A stretch of DNA of 64,000 nt from Patellaria atrata CBS 101060 (Eukaryota): the NCBI GenBank assembly GCA_010093705.1, contig MU006094.1:1339550-1403549 (forward strand), in the 5' to 3' direction. Under the pieces are notes generated by a model that was not told where the DNA came from, did not search any database, and saw only the letters and a program-made list of their open reading frames with translations. Below, piece after piece: positions 37,029 to 48,554 of this stretch. The position numbers and the translations under genes were made by a program. Each line of letters starts with the position of its first letter. Positions within the stretch are counted from its first letter, which is position 1.

Positions 37029-38660
37029 ATGCCTCGAGTCACACGTTCTACAGCTACTATAGCTAAACAAGATGCTCCAAACCCACAATCCCTTTCAAGT
37101 CCGCCTACGAAACCTTCACCTGTCAAACGGGAGGTCAAGGGTAATGGACGTACTTCTAAATTACCGTCTAGAGCGAAGAAAGAGAGTCCCATAGTTCCAC
37201 CTAAAAACGAACCCATCACACCTGCTAGCACTCGTAAGAGGAAAAGACCAACTCCCGCTGTGAAGGACGAAGAGGATAACGAGCTTCCTCACAATTTAGG
37301 AACGCTTCCTGAATCTGAGGCTCCGGGTGACGATCGGCAAGGATCTACACCAAACAGCAAACGCGCATGTAAGGTGCAGAAACAGATCAAGAGTGTAAAT
37401 GGAGACTCTGCTATAGACTCGAATAATGCCAGTACTTCCCCATCGAAAAAGGGAAAGAATACCAAAAAGTCAACCTCAAACCCTGCCGGTCAGGATCCTT
37501 TCCCGGACTGGCCACATCCTACTCCTGAAGAATGCTACGAGGTTACCCGTCTCTTGTCCAGTATCCACGGAGAAGTTAAAATACCCAAAGAGCTTCCAAC
37601 CCCATCTTTGACCGTCTCCGGCTGTGGAGAAGTCCCTTCTGTTCTGGATGCTCTTATTCGTACCCTTCTAAGCGCTGCAACAACTGCTAAAAACTCCTCT
37701 CGTGCATTCCGAGGCCTTGCAGATCGCTTTGGAATTCTTCAAAGCGGAATAGGCAAAGGAAGCGTCGATTGGGACGCTGTGCGCCGAGCTGAGACTAAAG
37801 ATATCTTCGAGGCCATCAAATGCGGTGGCCTGGCAGATACCAAAAGTAAACGCATCAAAGCTCTTCTGCAGCGCGTGTACGAAGAAAATCAAGCCCGTCG
37901 CGATGCTCTTATCTCGTCAAGCGGAACTCAAGACCCTACAAAAGCACCAGCCGGCGCCGAAAACGAGTCTCCTGAGTCCAAGGATGTCGAAATCGCGCGC
38001 GCGGATCAAAATATTATATCTCTGGACCACATTCACTCACTCTCCACCTCTGAAGCTATCACCACACTGACAAAATATGACGGCATTGGTATTAAAACCG
38101 CATCCTGCGTCGCGCTCTTCTGTCTCCAACGCCCAAGCTTTGCGGTTGATACGCACATCTTCCGCATCTGCAAATGGCTCGGCTGGGTGCCGGAGAAGGC
38201 GAATAGGGAGACGACGCACTTTCATTGCGATGTTAGAATCCCGGATGAGCTGAAGTATCCTCTGCATTCGTTGTTCATCACGCATGGGAGGCTGTGCCCG
38301 AGATGTCGTGCTATCACTGGGGAGGGGAGCGCAGGATGGGATGAGGGATGTGTTATCGAGCATTTGGTGAAGAGGAGTGGGGTTAGGAAAGGCGGTGTGG
38401 AGGGTGAGAGTCCGAGTAAGAAAGCTAGGGTCGCGAGGACACCAAAGAAGCAAAAGGGAAAGGGAAATGTTAAGCATGAGGGGGGGAGTGGCTCTCAACT
38501 TAGCGAGGAAGGGGTTTCTGATGACGCCCAGACTCCAGTCAGAAAGGTTAGGCCTTCGAGGACGCCGAGGAAGAAGGCCTTACAGGTTGAGGTCGATGAG
38601 CAAGGCAGTGAATCTGAGTTGACAGAGCTTGAGGACTCTGATGACGACTTCAAGGATTAA
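37029..38660 (+). CDS. HhH-GPD superfamily DNA glycosylase (endonuclease III-like, fungal type)
   Basis: GCGEVPSVLDALIRTLLS; AIKCGGLADTKSKRIK; HhH motif LTKYDGIGIKTASCVALF; FAVDTHIFR (catalytic Asp); HGRLCPRC..C. Both termini are basic and disordered. Confidence 0.9.
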   Translation: MPRVTRSTATIAKQDAPNPQSLSSPPTKPSPVKREVKGNGRTSKLPSRAKKESPIVPPKNEPITPASTRKRKRPTPAVKDEEDNELPHNLGTLPESEAPGDDRQGSTPNSKRACKVQKQIKSVNGDSAIDSNNASTSPSKKGKNTKKSTSNPAGQDPFPDWPHPTPEECYEVTRLLSSIHGEVKIPKELPTPSLTVSGCGEVPSVLDALIRTLLSAATTAKNSSRAFRGLADRFGILQSGIGKGSVDWDAVRRAETKDIFEAIKCGGLADTKSKRIKALLQRVYEENQARRDALISSSGTQDPTKAPAGAENESPESKDVEIARADQNIISLDHIHSLSTSEAITTLTKYDGIGIKTASCVALFCLQRPSFAVDTHIFRICKWLGWVPEKANRETTHFHCDVRIPDELKYPLHSLFITHGRLCPRCRAITGEGSAGWDEGCVIEHLVKRSGVRKGGVEGESPSKKARVARTPKKQKGKGNVKHEGGSGSQLSEEGVSDDAQTPVRKVRPSRTPRKKALQVEVDEQGSESELTELEDSDDDFKD

Positions 38661-40425
38661 AAGGTTGGGAGTGGGTGGTTTCTAGGGCTGATGGACTTTC
38701 TATCGTCTACATAACAATTAATATCAATTACATTTATTATAGGTATATTGCTTACGCCTTCCACGGCCTCATCCTAATGTATTATCCTACCCCCATTACG
38801 GACTCGACCATCACCATCCAACCAACCAACGGGCACCATCCACAGCCCTCGCAGACCATTACCCTTAAAGTCATCATATTCAAGAGTGTACTAATATATT
38901 TTGTTTTTTTTTTTTGTTTTTTTTTTTTTTTGCACATTTCCTTTCATAACCCCAGCGCTGAGAAGACGTGATAATGAATCTCCATCCTCCTTGGGATACA
39001 AAAGACCTGCCACCAATTTCACGGTTTTGGGGAGTCTTTACATCTCTAACTGCGTCTAACATCGAGCACTAAGCTCACATAAGAGATAGATATCCCTTTC
39101 TGCGAGATATCTCCAACGTACCGCTTGCGGTGTTGAAGTGTACTCGTCTAGTTGATCCTTTGTATCCGTGACATAGAGATGGACCAATGGAAGCGATGGA
39201 GTGAGACCGTGATGGATCTAAACTGCAACAAGGTTCCAACCCGACGTTCAGGCGCGGGATCCTACCGAATCTTCTTACTATCGATAATGTTTCGCGTGAT
39301 ATGTTCTGGTTCCGCTAACCTGGCAGATCCATCAACATATGTACGAGCACCTTGATTCCTACGTGTTGAGGTCTTTGGGTATGGCGGCGTCCGATCGATA
39401 TCTCGGCCGTATGATAGAGGTGTGAAGAACATCCTGGGGCGTTGAAGAGATTGGCGTCGTTCGGATTTGTTGCTATAGCTAGCCCGCCGGGGACTCCCGT
39501 TCCGATCTCACCGTACAACTTCATCGGTACGCAGTTGGACGCGGGAGTATAGGGAGGTAAGTAAAGCTCGGTATACCTATGTGCGTTCCAAATCGGGATC
39601 CTGGCTCGGAATTGGGGTCAATCGCTTGCAATACATGGAGGGCGTCGTGGATCAGTCTGAAGTAACTTGCTGGATGTGGTGTTTAGACGAAGTCTAGGCT
39701 TCACCTGAGTTAGTCACCATTCTTATCTTGCTCGTTTCGGAATGCTCTGGTCGTGATATACTAAGTGAATGCTATGTCTGCTTCCGGATGAACAGCAAGA
39801 CTTCTGCGTGCAAGGCCTTCTATACACCTTCTATATAATATCCCTTTATGCATAAAATCGCTGAACCCCAGATCGAGATACTCTCCGAGTTATACCAGTA
39901 TTACCATCACTGGACGCGGTTATCTGCATTGTCCCGAGATGATGATGCGGTTAAATATTACTCCTCACAAGCCGCCATCACTAAAGTCTGGCAGACTCTC
40001 TATGAGTTTATTTCCCCTCCGGTCCAATAGCGATCCCCGTAATCGGGAGAATGAACTTCATGGCCGACGTGTATCTCGTGACGGTAAAACTTCCATTCTA
40101 TGATCTCATTTGCCTACTCTCCGTCACCGCATCTTCACAATGTCTTCACCCATATCCAACATTCCCCGGGCGGCGCTCCCCCCCTTCCCCCCCCCTTCCC
40201 TCTTGGGTACATTGTTCCTTCACACACTCAAGGCCCATGTTTCGGGAAAACATTGGTTGTAAACAAGTCTTCCTCGACCTTAGGACAAGTATAAATCTCA
40301 GCGGCGTGCCTTTTCTTTCCTGCCTTTTTCCATCAATTTCATCCCCAAAAAGCCCCAAATCAGAAACCTATCAAACCGAACACAACCACACTGAAAACAT
40401 CCACGACATCACCGAACCGGGGAAG

Positions 40426-41292
40426 ATGGATCTACCCCGAGGTCACCTCGGGAAGCAACGACGCGACAATAACTCCGAAACCAACCCCTTCACGGTCCTG
40501 CCTGACGAAAATGACACCAAGAAGCGCATCAACAATGATGGCGGAAACCAACGCGCGAGCACTCTCCCAAGCGGAACTCAACCCGACCGTCCCATCACCA
40601 GCAAGGACGACCCATACGAGATCATCCCGTCAACGAGCCCGCGCTACTCCGCATTAAGTGCAGCAGCCCGCTCTCAAGCTCTCGGCTTCGGTGGCGCATC
40701 CATCTCGCCTTCCAAGAAGAACGGTTACGGAGTCAGGGCCCGCCGTTGGTCTCCAGGCAACGAGAACGAAGAAGGCGTCAACGCGGACGAATGGGTCGAG
40801 GTTGTCCCCAAGCGCGTTCGTGTGGATCCGCATGGTTGGGCGATGGCGCGGACGCAAAACGCGAACGAGCTCGAGATCGCGAAGACGCAGATTTCGGACA
40901 AGAGCAGGGAGATGGCGGAGGCGTGGGAGGAGTCGTACGAGGAGGTGTCCCGCGACGAGCCGGTGGCTGCTATGGGTGCTAAGGTGTCGCATGTACCTAG
41001 TACCACGGATGAGGGCTTTGATGCCGAGAATTGGAAGCGCCAGAAGAGGCAGCGTCAGCGAGAACGGAAGAAGGTTGAGAGACAAGCTGCAAAGGAGCCG
41101 GTCAAGCCTATCAAGGAGGCTGAGGATTGGGTTAAGCGTATGACTGGAGAGTACCCCAAGACGAAGAGTGAATCGCTTGAGAGTGACGATGGGAAGAAGA
41201 CGGAAGGGGAGACCGACAATGTTGGTGAGTGGAAGGGATGGAAGGAGTGGCTGACGAAAGGTTTGAGCTTGTCAAAAGTGAGCGGAGTGTGA
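40426..41292 (+). CDS. Hypothetical hydrophilic protein (~288 aa), no recognisable domain
   Basis: Long GC3-rich ORF. The upstream in-frame extension to 40051 is pyrimidine-rich and looks like promoter/UTR, so the ATG at 40426 is preferred. Confidence 0.6.
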   Translation: MDLPRGHLGKQRRDNNSETNPFTVLPDENDTKKRINNDGGNQRASTLPSGTQPDRPITSKDDPYEIIPSTSPRYSALSAAARSQALGFGGASISPSKKNGYGVRARRWSPGNENEEGVNADEWVEVVPKRVRVDPHGWAMARTQNANELEIAKTQISDKSREMAEAWEESYEEVSRDEPVAAMGAKVSHVPSTTDEGFDAENWKRQKRQRQRERKKVERQAAKEPVKPIKEAEDWVKRMTGEYPKTKSESLESDDGKKTEGETDNVGEWKGWKEWLTKGLSLSKVSGV

Positions 41293-43187
41293 TGATGAGA
41301 GCGGTTGATGAATCATATTGATTATCTGGAGAGTGCGAGCTCTCTTGGATACAATATTGTGACCTTGGTGTTGCGACTAACAGTATGAGATAAAATTAAG
41401 CAAGGCGTTCTGGGCCGCCTGTCCTATTCTAGTTAGTACTGAAATGAAAAAAAGGTTCACCATGATATAGCTTAACACGGGAACGATAAAATGTATTTGA
41501 ACCCTTCCCCTACCGTGATATTTCCCGGCGTACTGGACGATCGTTTTGAATATGGTTTCAGGCTTTTCTGGATTGTGGAGTGACGTGTCTGAAAATTGCT
41601 CCATTACACTTAAGACTAGATTGTACAGATGACAACGGTTAAATGAGATTGGAGGAATAACAGTCCGCCAGTACTTGTTTCGTAAGTGTATAGAGGCCAA
41701 GGGGATTGTCCTATACATGGGAAGGGACACGGCCGGCCGGCTAGGACAATCCCGACATCTTCAAGTTTTGTCGAGGGTCTATTGTATGATTAGTCCAGTT
41801 CATCAAAATGTCGGCATTATACACATACTTTATTACTAGAGGCTCTACCTTTTGTTTGAAAATCTCAGGGCATTAGGTTGTACTCATGTTGGCGAGAACC
41901 CTTGAGTTGTCAGAACATGCGGATACCACCACACCCAAACGCAAACCCATCCCATACTCTATCGTCACCTCAAAAACAAATCGTAAACCAGTACTCCGTT
42001 TAAGGATTAGTTTGAAGTGACCTTCCTCTCGCCCGCGGTAAAGGGGCAGGAGAGATTGAAAGAGGACTCATATAGGGAAGACGCTCGAGTTACCTTATAT
42101 TAGTTGCTAGTTCAAGAGTTTAATGCGCAACTCTGCATACTAAACGGCGACAATTCATCTAAGGAGTCCCAAACTTCTATAGTAGGAAGGGCTTAGGGCC
42201 GTAATTTGGGCCGTAGAGGGAGTAGTTACCATATCATTTTCATTACACGAGTAGACCCTGCCGGCCATATCATTGGTTACAAAGCCATTTACTCCCTTGC
42301 GATTGCTTTCGGTTTCGAGCTCTTTATCCGTCGGACTCCATTGGTGCTTGGTGAGGGAGTGGAGCTTCAGAGAAGAATAAAAGTTTTCTTCAGACTCGGA
42401 GATAGAAAACGTTGTCAAAATTTCATCGATCAAGGGAAAAAGACGTCTTGATATTAAGCCTTCCTAGGTAGATAGACTAGCCAGATAATGAAAACTGGAC
42501 CATGCGCGTTCAAAGGAAGGTCACACCAGTAGCTTTCGATTGTCCCGACAGATCAACGGATCTCTTGGACAGTCTCCCTTTTCGAGACTCCATATTCAAC
42601 TATTGCTCTGCGCTTAAACCGCCTTTGGCCTTGAATACGTAGAGTGTACAAGATGGCTCTGCTGTACAGATGGACCAGAGAGTACGGAGTACGGAACCAT
42701 TGGAGAGTACAGAATAATTAAAATTCCATGGAAAAAATGCATCGTACCAAGTGATTTGCTGGTATAGCTGATTGCACTGTACGATATGATGGACCCGTGC
42801 AAAATGACTGAAAGGTACAAAAGATTACACGATATACTGCTAACGGTTGACAGAATTAGATGTACTTGAACGACTTGAACATTGAGATTCATATTTCCAA
42901 TCATAAAATCTTTCGCCGGGTAAAGCGCGTACTTCGCTACTCTAGAGATATGATGTCGTCCTGGGGGATATTGGGGGTTTCTACGACGGTTACCTTCACA
43001 GTACGGAGCAGAAGAACTTCAACGATTAAAGTTAAGAGAAGTGGTTGAGATGGGAAGGTGAAGCATGATTACGGATACTGTGAAGATGAGGTTAGAAGTT
43101 GGAAGGACTGGAGGAGTTAGTGGGATGCATGTGAGGATGTCATATAACTGGAGGAAATTGAAAATTTGATGGAAGTCTTCATGGCGT

Positions 43188-43252
43188 GATGCGATGTCCT
43201 GATGCGATGTCCTGATGCGATGTCCTGATGCGATGTCCCGATGCGATGTCCT
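43188..43252 (+). repeat. 13-bp tandem repeat (GATGCGATGTCCT) x5
   Basis: Five adjacent copies, one with a T>C change. Confidence 0.95.
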
Positions 43253-43520
43253 GTATACGGTTTAGCTTGGCGGTTGCGAAACGAGGGTGGCGTGCGTCAG
43301 GTTCACGTCGAAGTCAACATCCAGACGCCACAATGTACGTCATGAAACCTGAGCTTTGCCGGTGTTCCAGCCACACAGATTTTCCGATCATCGCTTGGGA
43401 TTGCCGGAATGTCACTCATACAAAAGCGGTCCAGCCACAGACTTGGAACCCTTTCTGTGTCGATCACCTTATCTTGTGATAGACGAAGCGACAAACGAGA
43501 CGGGAAAACGGCAAGCATCG

Positions 43521-43713
43521 GTGCAGAAAGTGCAGAAAGTGCAGAAAATGCAGAAAGGGCAAAAATTGCAGAAAGGGCAGGAAGGGCAGAAAGAAAGGGC
43601 AGAAAGGGCAGAGAGGGCAGAAAGAAAGGGCAGAAAGGGCAGAAAGGGGAGAAAGGGCAGAAAGGGCAGAAAGAAAGGGCAGAAAGGGCAGAAAGAAAGG
43701 GCAGAAAGTGCAA
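43521..43713 (+). repeat. Purine-rich 9-bp-based minisatellite (GCAGAAAGG/GCAGAAAGT variants)
   Basis: About 190 nt of degenerate GCAGAAAGG units with occasional AAAG insertions. Confidence 0.9.
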
Positions 43714-44352
43714 GAGAGTGGAGGAAGACAACGCGTCTTCTGAAAGATCCCGTGATTTTAGGAAACAAGCTTGTGGCGCCAAAATCTCCCTTCCGCGCTA
43801 ACTCGGCGTTGACAAGTGATGGCCAACTGTAAGCCTTGGCCGCATTCGGACCAAAGCGTTTCAAGACTTCCCTGTTGGAGACTTCCCTGTTGGAGGCTTC
43901 TCTGTCATCATCACCGTCGTCCATCGAAGATTGTTGGACAGGCCAAGGACAAGCAGTTTGAAAGGATGCGAATTTCGGTTGTCAACGGTACGAGGGGATG
44001 CCCCGTTTTAGCCTGATCGGGATGCGTAGATTTGATATTATGAGATGAAGGTGAGCTCATGATTGGGTCGTTTCCAGTGTAGGTGTGGCTGGCCCTGGTG
44101 ACTGAACTTGGCAGACTTGGAATGCCCTGGAAATTGGTATGACGTCGGCTTTTGTTTGGCGCGTGTGACTGAGCGATATAATAAGGGACGTTGCATTCCA
44201 TATAAGATGATTCCTCTCTCTCTTTCCTCAATTCATCACACAATCATCAAAACACACACATCTCAAGCTTCAATAAGCACCCGACCAATTTGAACAATAG
44301 ATATCCATCATCACACCTAAAGACAAAATCCTCAATCAACACACCAGAAACA

Positions 44353-44607
44353 ATGGGTGCCGTCGTCTCTTGCGTAAGTCCTTTCGTTTCCCCTCCTCAA
44401 CAACCTCAGCACTAACACCATCTGAAGATCCGTGCAATCTTCCAATCCATAGGCTCTTGCCTTATGGCCATCGTTAATGCCATTGGAGCTGTTTTCCATG
44501 CTATCATCAACGGCTTCGTATCGGTATTCGATATCATAATCTCCTGCTTGACCTGCGGACGTTCCGGACGTCGTCGCACCCGGACAAGAACGCGGGCGAC
44601 TGTCTAA
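44353..44607 (+). CDS. 66-aa microprotein with predicted N-myristoylation/palmitoylation (MGAVVSC), hydrophobic helix and basic tail
   Basis: Exon 1 44353-44373; intron 44374-44427 (GTAAGT..CTAAC..AAG); exon 2 44428-44607. Product: MGAVVSCIRAIFQSIGSCLMAIVNAIGAVFHAIINGFVSVFDIIISCLTCGRSGRRRTRTRTRATV*. ACAATGG start context and an upstream TATAA. Confidence 0.85.
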
Positions 44608-45691
44608 ATAACTTCCTCGCGAGAGAGAGAGAGAGAGAGTTACGAGGGGAAGGATGCTTGAGTTTTACGGAAGGGACCTCTCTATTTGCTCCATCGTCGA
44701 CCAAATGATCATGACTACTATTGCAATCATCTCAATCAACAATCGTACGCGACGGTAGACTGCATTACGATGTTCCGGACCCTCTCCGTTGGCTTTATCA
44801 CCACTTTCTCCGCCGTTTCTCGCCTCAATCTGTCAGGGTCCTTCTTGACGGCATACCAGTGCTTCATCATTATACACCGAAACCCGACTCACCAGAAATT
44901 CTCTACTACTTTATTATGCAAGGAGGATAGGACAGCATGGATGGCTCTCAGATACCCCTCTTCTGCTTTGCGTTTTGTTTCTTTTTTCTTTTTTTTTTTT
45001 TTCTTTTTATCGAGCATGCGTCATGAATTGTACTGGTTAATGGTAGCAAACTGAATGGATCAAACGGTTCAGAATCTTCAGATTCTCTTTCGGACATTCC
45101 GCTATAAATATGTGAGCACGTGATTTCGCGAGATGGTGCACCACCAACACATCACCGACACGCTTCCCTACTTTGTGCAACACCACCCACCTCTATGTTA
45201 CGACTTGCTCACCTCAACTTTCCCCCTGCCAGCACTCTTCGACACCAAATCACCAGCAGCTAAAACCGGTGGATCAAGAGTGATTTTGACTGTAAGTTTC
45301 AACAGCCTCGTCTCTAGAACTTCACTAACAACAACAGCAGCAAAATCCATACATCTCATCCCCCTCCCCTCCCCCAACCCACGTGGTTCAACAAAATAAT
45401 TGATACACCACAATGCACACTCCTTGTGACCCTCGCCCTCACCAAAATCAACCAACTTTACAACAGTCGGTGATTTCGTGTCTCGATAGGTTTGCGACCA
45501 GGTAACGGTTCAAAAATCTGAAAGCTAGATAGTATAGAGTATTAAGTAGCCCTACCTTTTGTCCCGGAAAGATATTTATTTAACATTGTGTCGTTGCAAA
45601 ATTTATCATACCTCGAATATCGTCGGATTTTGGCTATACGCGTCAATCTTGTGAACGACGTGTTCCCTCACCTAAAGCCAATGCCCCCATA

Positions 45692-46780
45692 ATGTCCCTC
45701 GAAACTACCTGTCCAATCTGCGAAAAAGCCAAAGGGCCTCTCTCGATGTGTAGGATGCAAGGTCACATTCTACTGCGGCGATGACCACCAAACAGCCCAC
45801 TGGCCCAGACACAAAAGAGTTTTGTCTCCCAATCCGGAAAGCTCAAAATACCCTCAAGACCGAAAAGGAGAAACTGCTCGAGCATTCCGCCCAACGTCTT
45901 CGAAAATGGCTATGCCGACCTCTCCATCATCCCCGAAGCCCATCCCTGCTACATATGTGCCCACTTCGGTCTCGTCAAGGCTCTGCTGATAGTGCATACC
46001 GCCGAGACGGTAACAGGCGGCCTTGGAAAATTCCTCGGATACGCTGCAGCTCAGTCTCGTGGATATCTTGCTGGTTAGGTTTTTCGTGTCGGCGCTCTCC
46101 ATCCGACTGGGGAGAGATCTAAGAGGCGTACGATTTCTTGCAAGTGGTTCGCCACCGCAGAACGACGGACCAGATCACGCTTGAAACGATATAACGAAGG
46201 GATTTTTTTTTTTAGACGTCAAGAGTGCGGATCTCTTTGAGGATACGGATCGCTACAAGAATGACCCTGTCCCCCTCGTGAAGCGGCTCCTGTGCCTCTT
46301 CCTTACCGTTCCCGTCTCGTTGTTGAAGATCCGCCTCCTGCTCGGCCTCGACGACTTTTAGAACTCCTTCGCCGTCCACCGAAGGGTGCCGCAGGAGGTG
46401 TTTGATTTGGTCACGGGCGATGTCATCAGCTCGGTCACGGCGAAGAGGAAGGATATCACGAAAATCAAGGTACCGGAGGAGCTGGATCCCTACATCGCGA
46501 AGCTGGAAGCTCGGGTCGCGCGGATGCACGAAACGGTCAACACGCCGACTGAGTTCTCTTGGTTCCGCACTTCACAAGCTGAAATCCAGCACGTATAGTC
46601 CCAGTGAGAGTGAGGGTTTCCTGGCGGAGCGCACATTGTCTCATAACTAACCCTTCTTGGATTGAGACTCCTGGCGTAATCGAGTACATCAGGGGTTTGG
46701 AGAACAAAGTCCAGTCGTGTCCGATGAGATCGTGCTGGTGTACTAATTTCGTACACTGAACAAGATTCGCGAACAGAATC
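45692..46780 (+). pseudogene. Decayed MYND-type zinc-finger protein gene
   Basis: Read across two frameshifts: CPICEK..LSRCVGCKVTFYCGDDHQTAHWPRHK.EFC (MYND signature). Later fragments DTLQLSLVDILLVRFFVSALSIRLGRD/EAYDF resemble the helical region that follows MYND in this fungal family. Further shifts and stops follow; the 3' end is approximate. Confidence 0.72.
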
Positions 46781-46821
46781 ATAGCCCCTACCTACGAATC
46801 ATCTGCGACGCTTGGTTCTTT

Positions 46822-47011
46822 NNNNNNNNNNNNNNNNNNNNNNNNNNNNNNNNNNNNNNNNNNNNNNNNNNNNNNNNNNNNNNNNNNNNNNNNNNNNNNN
46901 NNNNNNNNNNNNNNNNNNNNNNNNNNNNNNNNNNNNNNNNNNNNNNNNNNNNNNNNNNNNNNNNNNNNNNNNNNNNNNNNNNNNNNNNNNNNNNNNNNNN
47001 NNNNNNNNNNN
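46822..47011. other. Assembly gap (190 N)
   Basis: Run of N. Confidence 1.
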
Positions 47012-47632
47012 TTTGCTGCCGCTGCTTCATTGACCTGAGGTTTACCGATAAACCCGCCCGGAGGGAGTTTCAAACCGCCGACGTTTGCGTTTCGAGGGGA
47101 GGGAAAGGGATCGTAGCCAGACTACCTGACCGCTCTGCCATTTGTTAGTTATGAGTTGTCTTGACTTTTTGTTGATTATAAAAAAGGTGTTGGGCAGAGC
47201 TGGGGATAGCACGTGTTCTTGGGTAGTTGCGGGTTTGGGTGAAGGGGTTTAAGGGGTGTCACGTGCGTAGTTTATATGCGATGGGGAGAAGAGATATCGC
47301 TGGTTTTCCTTTGGTGGCGGAGTTGGGATGGGAAGCGAGGGTGGCCTTCTATGGACTTGATTAGTTCTCAGTGAGCCCGCGATGTAACTGAGGTATGGTA
47401 GATGGGATAGCATGGGAGTTTGATTAGGTTTTATCTCTATTCATTCTATTCACTAGTCTATGAACCAATCCTCTAAAACCTAAAGCTCCTACCCACGTAA
47501 CCCACCCGTCTATACCCAGAGTATCACCCTCCTCTCTTGTTACTCCCACACTAATATATATTGTCACATTACTTCTTCATAACCTCGCACCTATTTCTAT
47601 CTCATCACCAGTGGGTCCTACTACCCTAAGAC

Positions 47633-48554
47633 TCAAACGTTAGGTTTTCGCAACCTTTCGACCTCTAGCACAACGTCTCCCCGCGCACTCATGACGCCGT
47701 TCATGGCACACCGGATACCGTCTAGCGGCGGGCCGGACAAGCAGGTGAGATAGGAATCGGGATTTCCGGGGCTGTTGTTTGTGATGTGGTGCGTGCCGGT
47801 TTGGTAGGTTCTGGAATGGGGAGTCAGATTGGGGAAAAGGAAGGAGAGAAAGATGAAGGGAAATGGTATTTGGATATAGGAATGAAAAGTGCAAAAGAAG
47901 AGAGATATGGGTAAGGAATAAATGCTGTACAGAAAGTAGAAAGGAGAAAGGAAGAAAGAAGGGAAGAATACAAGAAGGGAGAGCGTACAGGAACGGGGTA
48001 GTGTATAAAAAGGGGGTAAATTACCAACACGGGACAAGGTTTTAAAGCTCAGAACACTTCAAAAAGCAGAGAAATAAAAAAAAAAATAAAAGAGAATATT
48101 GAACTTACCCATCCTCAAAATCATATTCGACATTAACCCTCCAGGCTGCCTCTCCCTCCCACTCGCTCAACCACCATGTCCAAGCACCAGTTTCTCTCTT
48201 ATTAGGTCCTCCTTCTACATTTTCAGCTCCTCTCTCGTCCACACATTCTCCCTCGAATCCATCCCCAGTCCCCTCCTTCCAATTCCCCGTGCACACCGCA
48301 TCACCTGTCGGCGTCGCAACTGTGAACTCCAGAGAAGTATTGAACTTCTTGTTCTCTGGCCAGGGTTGACCTGGCCAGCCTAGACCAGTGTTGGAACCCA
48401 TGAAATGTAAACTGATAGCAGTAATGGACCAGGCCTCCGCTTGGGGAATGGTGGTATTTTGGCGAGAGAGGAGGGGATGAGAAAGCTGAGGGAAAGGAGA
48501 GCAGAGTGTAGTGGGTAGGAGGAGTAGGAGAGAAACGAAGGATAATAGGGACAT
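47633..48554 (-). CDS. Small secreted protein (207 aa, 4 Cys)
   Basis: Signal peptide MSLLSFVSLLLLLPTTLCSP. Exon 1 48554-48109; 298-nt pyrimidine-rich intron 48108-47811 (GTAAGT..CTGAC..CAG); exon 2 in frame (TYQTGTHHITNN..YLTCLSGPPLDGIRC..). Confidence 0.8.

Noticed and set aside
43303..43924. Four 130-159 aa ORFs on both strands (KGRKGR / LSALSA / FCPFCP)
   Set aside because: They are open only because the 9-bp minisatellite lacks stop codons; there is no start context or domain.
46788..47142. ORFs running across the 190-N gap (..GGLKLPPGGFIGKPQVNEAAAA..)
   Set aside because: The frame across the Ns is undefined and the nearest ATG (~47142) is out of frame. A small gene may exist but cannot be supported.
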